Below, in pieces: positions 35,577 through 44,669 of a stretch of DNA of 64,000 nt. The translations under genes and the position numbers were made by a program. The first letter of the stretch is position 1. Every line of letters starts with the position of its first letter. This DNA comes from an uncultured delta proteobacterium (GTDB lineage Bacteria > Myxococcota > Myxococcia > Myxococcales > Myxococcaceae). The DNA is taken from contig CAVYSY010000044.1 in assembly GCA_963771175.1 (NCBI GenBank), forward strand, positions 139,722 through 203,721. The letters are read 5' to 3'. The notes under the pieces were generated by a model. The model was given only the letters and a program-made list of their open reading frames with translations. It was not told the origin of the DNA and ran no database searches.

Positions 35577-35960
35577 CCGGGAAGGGTGCCGGGAAGGGTG
35601 CCCGGGAAGGGTGCCAGACACTTTGTACGGGGACACTTTGTACGGGCCACCCTCTCGGCGACGTGTCCTCGGCGACGTGTCCGACTTGATGCCCTTGCCC
35701 CCCGGGAAGGGTGTCCGGGAAGGGTGTCAGACACTTTGTACTCCGGGAAGGGTGTCCGGGAAGGGTGTCTCCGGGAAGGGTGTCAGACACTTTGTACGGG
35801 GAAGGGTGTCGGGGAAGGGTGTCAGACACTTTGTACGGGGATACTTTGTACGGGCCACCCTCTCGGCGACGTGTCCTCGGCGACGTGTCCCCGGGAAGGG
35901 TGTCAGACACTTTGTACGGGCCACCCTCTCGGCGACGTGTCCGACTTGATGCCCTTGCCG
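35577..35960 (+). repeat. Large RAYT-associated modular array upstream of the transposase
   Basis: ~11 GGAAGGGTG(T/C)C units plus GACACTTTGTACGGG and CTCGGCGACGTGTC modules. Confidence 0.92.
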
Positions 35961-35965
35961 GAAGT

Positions 35966-37045
35966 GGTGTCAAAGAACTCGACGCGAGGCTGGAGCGCGA
36001 ACGGTCCACGGCCTGGACGGGTGAAACACCCTGTCTGCTCGTCTTTCCAAGCACTTGAGGGCTGGCCCACGGGGTGCATTCGGCCTCGCACCGTACGAGG
36101 GGGAGGGGATGGGCTGGCCGTTGAGGATGTTCCAGGAGGAGGGCTACTACTTCGTCACGTCCAGGTGCTTCCAGGGACGGCTGCTGCTGCGTCCCAGCGC
36201 AGAGGTGAACGAGGTGGTGGGAGGCGTGCTGGCGCGAGCCGTCCAGCAGAGCGCCGGCACCGTGCGACTGCACGCCTTCACCTTCGCCTCCAACCATTTC
36301 CACCTGCTGGTGTGGGCTCGGGGAGCAGCTCTCGCCTCCTTCATGCAGTACCTGCGCGCCAACCTCTCCAAGAAGGTAGGGAGGCTGGTGGACTGGAGGG
36401 GTGGTTTCTGGGAGCGGCGCTACTCAGCGGAGCCGGTGTTGGACGACACGGCGTTGGTGGGGCGACTGCGCTACATCCTCGCCCATGGAGTGAAAGAGGG
36501 CCTGGTGGAGAGAAGCACCGAGTGGCCGGGCCTCACGAGCCTGCCGCAGTTGCTGGGACCGGCGCGGCGGCTGTTCCGATGGTTCAACTGGACGAAGCGC
36601 TGGGGCGAACGGAGGCGCCAGGACATGGCCGCGGCGCAGGGGCGTTTCGCGCAGGAGTGGGCCGAGCCGGTGGAGTTGGAGGTGGCGCCGCTGCCTTGCT
36701 GGAAGAGCTCGAGCGAAGAGGAGAGACAGCGCGCGGTGCGAGCACTGCTGCGGGAGGTGGAGGCCGAGGCCCGTGCGCAGGGGAAGCCTGTCATGGGAGC
36801 GCGAGCGGTGCAGGAGCAGCACCCGCATACCCGGCCCGAGCGTCTCAAGCGTACTCCGCGACCTTTGGGACATGCATCCACGCGCCAGGCCCTGCGGGAG
36901 TTGCGCGAGCAGTACCGTGCTTTCGTCTCGACATTCCGAGAAGCCGCAGCGCGCTGGCGGCAGGGGGACTTCTCGGCCCGCTTCCCCCTCTACTCCTTCC
37001 CGCCGCGCACCTTGCCCGGTCACGTTGCTCGAGTTCTTTGACACC
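35966..37045 (+). mobile_element. RAYT element delimited by 17-bp perfect inverted repeats
   Basis: GGTGTCAAAGAACTCGA 35966-35982 / TCGAGTTCTTTGACACC 37029-37045. Confidence 0.9.
36109..37041 (+). CDS. REP-associated tyrosine transposase (Y1/HUH, IS200/IS605 superfamily)
   Basis: YYFVTSRC, SNHFHLL HUH motif, [32 protein letters not shown]; intact frame. Confidence 0.9.
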   Translation: MGWPLRMFQEEGYYFVTSRCFQGRLLLRPSAEVNEVVGGVLARAVQQSAGTVRLHAFTFASNHFHLLVWARGAALASFMQYLRANLSKKVGRLVDWRGGFWERRYSAEPVLDDTALVGRLRYILAHGVKEGLVERSTEWPGLTSLPQLLGPARRLFRWFNWTKRWGERRRQDMAAAQGRFAQEWAEPVELEVAPLPCWKSSSEEERQRAVRALLREVEAEARAQGKPVMGARAVQEQHPHTRPERLKRTPRPLGHASTRQALRELREQYRAFVSTFREAAARWRQGDFSARFPLYSFPPRTLPGHVARVL

Positions 37046-37083
37046 ATTCCCGGGACACCATTCCCGGCGACACCATTCCCGGG
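37040..37083 (+). repeat. Right-end iteration GACACCATTCCCG x3
   Basis: Read directly from the sequence. Confidence 0.9.
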
Positions 37084-37170
37084 CCAACGCCAGTCATTCG
37101 TGAGCCGGTCACGGAGTATTTTGTCAGACATCGAGGCAGCGCGGCTCACTCGGGAGTGAGCCGTGCCACG

Positions 37171-38115
37171 TCATTCCTCCACGCCCCAGAGCCCCACGGT
37201 CCCATCGCCCTGGCCCCAGGCGATGAGGCGCCCGTCTGGGGAGAAGACCGCGTGACTCGACTGCATGTCATTGTCGTCCGAGTGTTCGTACAGGATGGAG
37301 CCGCTGTGGAAGTCCAACACGGAGAAGCCCGTGCCCCCTGCCGCCAGCAGCGCGCCGTCCGGGCTGAAGCTCACGTTGTTCGTCCCGATGGATTCCATCT
37401 TCCGAATCACCTCCCATCGCGTGAGGTCCAACGTGGAGAGGCCGTGGGAAGGAGTTCCCGCGACAAGCAGTGGCTCGGAGGGATGGAATGCCACGCTCCA
37501 TACCCAATAGGCCTCCAGGGGGACTTCCTTCGTGAGCGTCCCCGTGGCCACATCCCAGATGAGGACACTGCCGGGGGCGCTCTGTCCCTGATGGCCCGCG
37601 CCGGCGGCTGCCAGCCGGCCATCTGGCGAGAGCGCGCACCCATAGAGCAGACGCGTGCGCTTCTCCAGCTCCCCCACCCGCTGCCACCGCTCTACATCCC
37701 ACAACCATGCGTCCCCGTTACCGCCCGTGATGAGCAACGTTCGTCCATCGGCGGCCAGGGTGAGACCGCTCACGCCCGCGCCCAGGTCGTGCTCGCGCCG
37801 GAGCGCTCCGTCGACGGCCGACCACTCCTGCAGCACGCCTCCAAGTGTCGCCGAGAGCACCCGGTCAACCCCGGCGAGCACCACCGCAGCCGCCCCGTTC
37901 TTCAGGGATAGGGACACCGCAGGGGACTCGGTCCGCTCGGAGAGCTTCCACCAGCGCATCCGGTCCTGGCCCCGCTGCTCCGTGGAGCTCAACCACCGGC
38001 CGTCGCCGCTGAAGCCCAGGTGCTGCCCTGAAGGCCAGGGCGGCCCGCCGGGTCCCAGTCGTCGCAGCGGGGCCAGGCGCCCGGCATTGGTTGTATTCAG
38101 AAGTTGCTGGCTCAT
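37171..38115 (-). CDS. WD40 repeat protein
   Basis: Repeated FSPDG..LA, DG.V.LW and WD motifs. Confidence 0.88.
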   Translation of the reverse strand: MSQQLLNTTNAGRLAPLRRLGPGGPPWPSGQHLGFSGDGRWLSSTEQRGQDRMRWWKLSERTESPAVSLSLKNGAAAVVLAGVDRVLSATLGGVLQEWSAVDGALRREHDLGAGVSGLTLAADGRTLLITGGNGDAWLWDVERWQRVGELEKRTRLLYGCALSPDGRLAAAGAGHQGQSAPGSVLIWDVATGTLTKEVPLEAYWVWSVAFHPSEPLLVAGTPSHGLSTLDLTRWEVIRKMESIGTNNVSFSPDGALLAAGGTGFSVLDFHSGSILYEHSDDNDMQSSHAVFSPDGRLIAWGQGDGTVGLWGVEE

Positions 38116-38262
38116 GTGGCTCTCCGTGGCCAGGCCGAGACACGAGGGCAGCCGGACCTCGCCGCTGCCCCCGTGTCCGCCCTTGTCGTGGTTCACAACA
38201 GCGGGATGTGGGTCTCGTCTCCCCAATACAGCATGAGCTGCTTCAGCTCTGCGGCCATTGTG

Positions 38263-38371
38263 CGCTCGGCGTTGCAAGTGACGCCGCACTTCCACTCGCT
38301 GGTACCGGACGGCGTCTTCGTGCCGGGGGAGGGCGGCGTGCGCTTCGAGGCGTTGCTTCCGCCCACGCAAG
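38263..38371 (+). mobile_element. IS91-family (Y2 HUH) transposase fragment, HUH region
   Basis: SALQVTPHFHSLVPDGVF motif. Confidence 0.75.
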
Positions 38372-38409
38372 CCCGGGAAGTCAGAGGACTCGTTCCCGGG
38401 AAGGGCGCG

Positions 38410-41187
38410 CTACCTGGCCGCGACACCTTGCTCGATGACCTTGGCCGTCTGGCCGGCCGCCTCGAGCGCGGCGTTGACCGCGTCGCGTGGGCCGCTGATG
38501 ACCACGACCATCCGCTCCTCGGCGAGATCAGCGGCGGCCGCCGCGGCGACCGCATCCGGCGTCGTCGCCGAGATCGCCGCGACCTGTGCGTCGGAGAAGG
38601 ACAGCGGCAGCGACATCACCGCGGCCGTCTCGAGCTCGTCGGCGCGGACGGTCGCCCCGGCGGAATCGGCGAGCGCCCGGCCGAGCGCCCGACGTCGGGC
38701 GCGAACGAAGTCCTCGGCGAGCGTGCCGACCCGCGTCCGAACGGTCGCCAGCTCACCGACGAGCGCGACCAGTGCCTTGCCAGAGCGATCCAGCTCGAGC
38801 TCGCCGGTGACGAGCAGTGCGCCGCCGCCGATGCCTCCGAGGTAGTCAACCGAGACACCGTAGCTGGCTCCGAGCCCCTCGCGGACGACGCGCATGCGAT
38901 CCTCCAGCATCGCGCGGAGCACCTGGCGCGCGGCGACGTCACGAATCGGATCCGAGGCCGTGGAGAATGCAATCGTGACGCCCACCTGGGTCGCGTCCTC
39001 GTCGACGACGGCGACCCAGCTCGGCCCCTTCGCCGGATTACTCGGCGGTACCCTCGCGGGAGGAGGCGGCGCCTCGCCGTCCCACCCGCCGAAGAGCTCT
39101 TCGATCGTCCTTCTCATCACGGCGACGTCGAAGCCACCCGAGACGATCAGCGTCGCGCCGTTGGCACGGTAGTAGCGCTCACGGAACTCCTCGAGCTCGC
39201 TGACGGAAATCTTCAGGATGTCGGCGGGGCGGGGGCGACGTCTCGCGTACGGGTGATCGGCGCCGAAGAGGCGAACCCTGAGCACGTGGCCACTGCGCGC
39301 CTCCGCGTCGTCATCGTGGTCGTGGGCTGCGCGGGCTCGGCTCTGGAGCTCGGCGACATCGTCGTCCGGGAAGATGCCGGCGTCGAGGAGCCAGAACAGG
39401 CGCCAGAGGTGCCAGTCCGCGAACGTCGCGATGCCGCGCGCCGAGAACACCGTCGCCCGTTCCCCGACGCTGACGTCGAGCCGCGTGCCGAGCTCGCTCG
39501 CGAAGGTGATCCGCTCGACGTCGATGCTCCGGTAGAGGCGGTTGGTATCGTTCGCGAGCAGTCGCGCGGTCAGCTCCGCGAGCCCTGGCGAGTCGACAGG
39601 ATTCTCCGCCGAGCCGTAGGGGAACACCAGCCGCGCGTCGACGAGCGGGGTGTTGGGGTCCGGCGCGAGCAGCACGCGCATCCCATTCCACAGCGTCATC
39701 TCCTCCACCTTGCTGGCGACACGCGACGCACGCGTATCGAGCGGGCGGCTCGCCTCGGAGGGGTCGACCGGTGTGCGCCAGGGTTGGAGGTCGTGCTCGC
39801 GGTGGCGCGTCGGGACCTCGGCGCGGGTCGAGAGCGCCTTCTTTCCGCTCGGCCGGACCAGCGCGACGTGACTGTGCGTGCGGCCCAGCGTCGCGTTCGC
39901 GTACATGGCGATGTCGATGATCGTCGTGCGGTCGAGCTTCTCGAGCTCCTCGAGGAAGAACCCATTGTGGTCGGTGTACTGGGGGAAGTCAGCGAGCCAG
40001 GAGCCGGCCCCGTCGAACGCGTCATAGGTGCCGACAAGGCTCGTGCGGAGCTGGGCTCGGGAGGCTTCGATCATGCGCTTGCGCTCGTTGACGAGCATCG
40101 ACGCGGCGGCGAACACCTTGTCGACCGCCTCCTCGAGCCGCGCCGGCTCCGACACCGAGACGACCGCGGTCAGCAGCGGCGCGCGCACTCCGCCGAACAG
40201 CGTGACACCGGCGTTGGTGATCCACTTCTCGCGTTCATCCAGGGTGCGCAGCTCGGTGCCGAGCATCGTCGCGACGACCGCGTGCAGCGTGGACTCGCTC
40301 GCCCCCCACGAGGGTGCGCGGAAGAAGATGAACGCGGTCGCCTCGTCGATGTCGGCGGTGTGCGTCGACGTTCCGCCGGTGAGCTCCGCCGGCTCGAGCG
40401 GAGTGCGCGCGACGGTGGACTTCCGCTTGAGCCCGCCGAACGCCGCGCGCACCGCGTGGATTGCCTTGTCGGTGCGGAAGTTGCCGGTGACGACGAGGAT
40501 CGCACGATCGGGCGCGTAGTGCGCGGCGATGAAGGCACACACCTCCTCGCGCGTCACCTGGGCAATCTCCCGCGAGCTCACCCGGCGCCCGTAGGGGTGC
40601 TGCTTGCCCCACAGCGTCGCCACGAGCTCGTCGTGCAGGGTCTCGTGGCGCGAGTGGCGCCATGAGTCCTCCGCGAGGACGACGTCACGCTCGCGCTCGA
40701 ACATCGCATCGTCGATCCGGTCGCACGTCACCTGCATCCGGCGCGCCTCGATCGCGACGAGCTTCGCGAGTTGCTCAGCGAGCGCCATCGCCGTGTAGTG
40801 CGTCTCGTCGGAATTGGTCCACGCGTTGTAATAGAGCGCGGTGTCGGAGAGCTCGTCCGCGATCGTCGGGCCACCGGCCTCGGCTCTCGCGGTGAACAAG
40901 AGGTGCTCGACGAGGTGGGCCATCCCGGCGCGCCCCGGCGGATCCTCGGCGGCACCGACGAGATATCGGACGTCGACGCCGACGAGGTTCGTGCGCGCGT
41001 CCTGCATCAGGGCGATCGTCAGCCCGTTCTGCGCGCGCATCATCACGATGCCGTGGTCGATGCGGAAGTCACGCTTCCCGCTCTGCAGACTTCCGAAGCG
41101 GGGCGGCCGCGCGGCCCGGAGGCCGGTACAGGCGGAGAGACAGATGAACGCGACCACCCAGACACAGCGAAAGGACGGGACCCTCAT
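38410..41187 (-). CDS. M16 family zinc metallopeptidase lipoprotein
   Basis: LSAC lipobox, GMAHLVEHLLF, YNAWTNSDETHY, second-half LWNGMRV, REGLGASYG. Confidence 0.88.
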   Translation of the reverse strand: MRVPSFRCVWVVAFICLSACTGLRAARPPRFGSLQSGKRDFRIDHGIVMMRAQNGLTIALMQDARTNLVGVDVRYLVGAAEDPPGRAGMAHLVEHLLFTARAEAGGPTIADELSDTALYYNAWTNSDETHYTAMALAEQLAKLVAIEARRMQVTCDRIDDAMFERERDVVLAEDSWRHSRHETLHDELVATLWGKQHPYGRRVSSREIAQVTREEVCAFIAAHYAPDRAILVVTGNFRTDKAIHAVRAAFGGLKRKSTVARTPLEPAELTGGTSTHTADIDEATAFIFFRAPSWGASESTLHAVVATMLGTELRTLDEREKWITNAGVTLFGGVRAPLLTAVVSVSEPARLEEAVDKVFAAASMLVNERKRMIEASRAQLRTSLVGTYDAFDGAGSWLADFPQYTDHNGFFLEELEKLDRTTIIDIAMYANATLGRTHSHVALVRPSGKKALSTRAEVPTRHREHDLQPWRTPVDPSEASRPLDTRASRVASKVEEMTLWNGMRVLLAPDPNTPLVDARLVFPYGSAENPVDSPGLAELTARLLANDTNRLYRSIDVERITFASELGTRLDVSVGERATVFSARGIATFADWHLWRLFWLLDAGIFPDDDVAELQSRARAAHDHDDDAEARSGHVLRVRLFGADHPYARRRPRPADILKISVSELEEFRERYYRANGATLIVSGGFDVAVMRRTIEELFGGWDGEAPPPPARVPPSNPAKGPSWVAVVDEDATQVGVTIAFSTASDPIRDVAARQVLRAMLEDRMRVVREGLGASYGVSVDYLGGIGGGALLVTGELELDRSGKALVALVGELATVRTRVGTLAEDFVRARRRALGRALADSAGATVRADELETAAVMSLPLSFSDAQVAAISATTPDAVAAAAAADLAEERMVVVISGPRDAVNAALEAAGQTAKVIEQGVAAR

Positions 41188-41457
41188 CAATGCGACTGTA
41201 CGGGAGTGAGAGTCGGGTCCGCAGGGAGGCCCTCGCTGCCACTGCTCGAAGCTCAACATCCCGCCTGTCACTCCTTCAGGTTCGGGAGTGGCCCCGTGCA
41301 GTCATCGCCACCACGGAGAGGCATGACCTCGTGAGTTCTCCACCCGGACGGTACTTCCGCCGTGGTATGGAGCGACCGCATCGGGCTTCCAGTCACGCCA
41401 CTCGGGCGTGGTAGGGAAGAGCGACGAGGAGCAGCGCATGACGGCCACGAAGAAGCT

Positions 41458-41624
41458 CCCCCAAGCAGGTGCGGAGGAGGCGAGCGTGGCGTCCCAGGCA
41501 GCGGTCAGCAAGGAGCCGATGACGGAGAGGACGTCGGGAGTGGACCAGGCAGAACTGCGGAGGAGGACGTTCGACTTCGACGTATTCGCCAGCGTGAGGT
41601 GTGGAGGCAGGCGGCGGGTCATAG
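41458..41624 (+). mobile_element. IS91-family transposase C-terminal fragment
   Basis: VD.AEL.RRTFDFDVFA.VRCGGRRRV, a degenerate C-terminal zinc ribbon. Confidence 0.7.
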
Positions 41625-41662
41625 CCCGTACGGCCCCCGTCAACAGCCCTCCTCGGCCCTTC

Positions 41663-41701
41663 TGCCCCCCTCAACAGGGCCCCCATTCGTCTTATGCTTC
41701 G
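41663..41701 (+). repeat. ~39-bp repeat shared with 25523-25561, putative IS91-family end
   Basis: Follows the IS91 C-terminal fragment. Confidence 0.7.
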
Positions 41702-41801
41702 AAGCGGGCGCATGGACTCGGAAGCACTTCGTCGCGCCGGTCGGCTACAACCCGGAGAAGGACGTGTTCATCGTGATGGAACCGTCCGAAAGGCCCCTGT
41801 C

Positions 41802-42455
41802 ATGACCCTGAAGCTCTATGCCCACCCGTTCTCGTCGTATTGCCAGAAGGTGCTCATCGCGCTGTACGAGAACGGGACGCCGTTCGAATACCGCATGCTG
41901 GAGCAGGACGGCGCGATGCGCGAGCTGGAAGCGCTCTGGCCCCTGAAGCGCTTCCCCGTGCTGGTGGACGGGGGCCGCACCATCGTCGAGGCGAGCTGCG
42001 TCATCGAGCACCTCCAACTCTACCACCCGGGGCCGGTGCGGCTGCTCCCCGAGGATGCCAAGGCGGCGCTGGAGGTGCGGATGCTGGACCGATTCTTCGA
42101 CAACTACGTCTCCACGCCGCAGCAGAAGGTGGTGTTCGACCGTCTGCGACCGGAAGCGGACCGCGACGCCTACGGGGTGGCCGAGGCTCGCAAGCTGCTC
42201 GAAACGGCCTATGCGTGGCTCGACAAGACGCTGGTCGGAAGGACGTGGGCGGCGGGCGAGGACTTCACCCTGGCCGACTGCGCCGCCGCGCCATTCCTGT
42301 TCTACGCGGACTGGACGCACTCCATCTCCGAGGACTTCTCCCGCGTGCGGGCCTACCGGAAGCGGCTGCTGGCGAGGCCCTCATTCGCGCGCGCGGTGGA
42401 TGAGGCGCGGCCATTCCGCCGGTACTTCCCCCTCGGAGCGCCGAACCGGGACTGA
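41802..42455 (+). CDS. Glutathione S-transferase family protein
   Basis: LYAHPFSSYCQKV, FPVLVD, FTLADC. Confidence 0.92.
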   Translation: MTLKLYAHPFSSYCQKVLIALYENGTPFEYRMLEQDGAMRELEALWPLKRFPVLVDGGRTIVEASCVIEHLQLYHPGPVRLLPEDAKAALEVRMLDRFFDNYVSTPQQKVVFDRLRPEADRDAYGVAEARKLLETAYAWLDKTLVGRTWAAGEDFTLADCAAAPFLFYADWTHSISEDFSRVRAYRKRLLARPSFARAVDEARPFRRYFPLGAPNRD

Positions 42456-42743
42456 CCGCGGGGCTCCCCAAGCGGGACAGCGGGATGGTGCGACCCATCA
42501 TGCGACTCCTGAAGCGGTCACGCAGCTGATCGACAACCACTATGCGGCGATGATGAACGCGGTCGGGAACGTCCAGTCGCAACGAAACACTTGGAAAAAC
42601 GAATTCTGGCGAGTGCCCGTAGCCCAACCGCCACCGGTGAGTGCCACTTCATTCGACTTCCAATGGGAAACCATAGCGCCAAACCGGTTTCGCGTGTCTG
42701 TGTATCACATCGAATTTCAGCAACAACACTACATGAACGAAGC

Positions 42744-44055
42744 ATGAAGGGATGCCTCATGCTGCTGCGCATGGCCCTGGCGCTGTGCTTCGTGGTGCCC
42801 ACCTCGTGTGCCACGTCTCGGGCCGTCGCCCCTGATGGCGAGCGAGCCCGCGCGGAGCCCAAGATGGTGAGGGTCGAGGCGCTGTCCGGAGACCGACTGC
42901 AGCTCTCCTTCGCGCCGGTGGCACCCGACCCGTCCCTGGAGGTGCTGCGCCTGGAGGAAGCCAGGGACGACGCTCGCACTGCTGCACGAGTCCCTGCCCC
43001 CGAGGCAGAAGCCCCGGCTCCGGCTCGTCCTGGCTTCCACGGGGCAGGGTGAAGGCACGCCCGCGCCGTGGGAGCTGCGCTTGCGCGAGGAGTACCTCTC
43101 CCGCTTCGGCGAGTCGCTGCTGCCCCTGCCGCAATCACTGGAGTCGAGCCGCCTCTTCCTCGCCCTCAAGCTGTCCCCCCGCTACATGGGTGCGGGGGTG
43201 CGCGAGGCGGCGCAAGAGCTCTTCTCCTCCCCCGTCTTCCTCTCAAGCGTGGCGCTCTCGGTGCTCGTGTACTTTGCCGCCTGGCTGGCGCCCGAGCCGC
43301 TGTTCACCAAGGCCTTCGTGGTGGCACTCACCGTCCGCCTGTCGCTGCTGGTGGGCGCCCTGGAGCTCACCCACCTGGCCCGGGCCTGTCTGCGCCTGTA
43401 CCAGGAGGCCGAGGCCGCCAGGACGGTGCAGGAGTTGGAGGCCGCGGCGGAGCACTTCGGCAAGGCGATGGGGGGCACGGCGCTCCGGGCGCTGATGATG
43501 GTGGCCAGCATGGGCATCTCCAAGGGCCTGCCCCAGGTGCCGCAGGGCGGCCTCGGCTCCCTGCTGAGCGCCCCCCGGTATGCCCTGGCCGAGGGCATGA
43601 CGCTGCAGGGCGCGACGACGGTACAGATGGTGGCCGACGGCACCGTCCTCGTGACGGGCGTGGCGGCGGGCACGGCGGCCGCCGCGGTGGGCAGCGCCTG
43701 CGCCGATGGCTCCGAAGAGAAGGACGGCCACCACTGGCACCACCTCGCCACCAACAAGAACGAAGTCTCGACGGCATCCGGCGGTCCCTGGACCCCACTG
43801 TTCGAGGAAATCTTCGAGGCGGCGGGGATGAGCCTGGACGCAGCGGAGAACCTCGTCTACCTCAAGGGTCACAAGGGTCCGCACCCGGAGGAGTACCACC
43901 GCAGGGTGTACGAGGAGCTCAGCACGGCGGTCACAGGCTGCGGAACCGTCTCTCACTGCAAGCGCAAGCTGGTGGAGGCGCTCAGGAAGCTCGCGGATGA
44001 GGTATGCACCCCCGGGTCACGACTCCACCGGCTGGTGACGAAGTCCCAGGACTGA
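42744..44055 (+). CDS. AHH-domain polymorphic lipoprotein toxin (SitA-like), frameshifted near the 5' end
   Basis: PTSC lipobox; C-terminal WHHLATNKN...ENLV.L.GHKGPHPEEYH. Confidence 0.82.
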
Positions 44056-44071
44056 GGCCGGAGCGAGAAAC

Positions 44072-44638
44072 ATGCCCAAGTACTACGACTTGAAGGACGA
44101 CAGGTACCATCCCGGCCGCTGGCACTTGAGAAGTCCCGTCGATGAACACGGGCAGAAAATCAATCCCTGGCAGTTCGACAAAGGCCGACGGCTCGACCCC
44201 CAGGGACATCATCCGTTTCCCCGTGAGAGCCCGACGGAGTGGAGCTGGACTTCAGCTGGGCCGCCTTCAGCATCCCCGTGGTCAACAGTCGTTTCGTCCA
44301 ACTCTTCGAGCGCCTGGGCATCCAGGAGGTGCAGTTCCTCCCCGTCCAGGTGGAGGACCACGCCGGGCCCTATTTCATCCTCAACACCCTGCGCATCCTC
44401 CGCTGCATCGACGAGGCCCGGTGCGAGGAGGTGCGGCACTGGAAGCCCGAGGATGGCCAACCCGAGAAGGTGGGCCAGTACCGGTACATCGCGGGAATGC
44501 GCATCGACCCGACGAAAGTGGAAGGAGCGCGCATCTTCCGCCCCTGGGGCTGGCCGCTGGCCCTCATCATCTCCGAGGACCTCAAGGAGGCCCTGGAGCG
44601 CGAGGGCCTCACCGGCACGAAGCTTCACCGAGGCCTGA
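44072..44638 (+). CDS. Imm11/DUF1629-type immunity protein, one frameshift
   Basis: Directly downstream of the toxin; LDFS, EVQFLPV, YFILN, CIDE, IDP.KV....IFR. Confidence 0.78.
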   Translation: MPKYYDLKDDRYHPGRWHLRSPVDEHGQKINPWQFDKGRRLDPQGHHPFPRESPTEWSWTSAGPPSASPWSTVVSSNSSSAWASRRCSSSPSRWRTTPGPISSSTPCASSAASTRPGARRCGTGSPRMANPRRWASTGTSRECASTRRKWKERASSAPGAGRWPSSSPRTSRRPWSARASPARSFTEA

Positions 44639-44669
44639 AGCCCCTCCACCCGTGTCCCGCGAGCCCCCG

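Noticed and set aside
33297..35960. Arrays as CRISPR
   Set aside because: Units are 12-30 bp, nested, lack unique spacers and derive from the RAYT ends.
20353..37083. Classical integron or prophage
   Set aside because: No tyrosine or serine integrase, no attC-type GTTRRRY/RYYYAAC pairs recognised and no phage structural genes.
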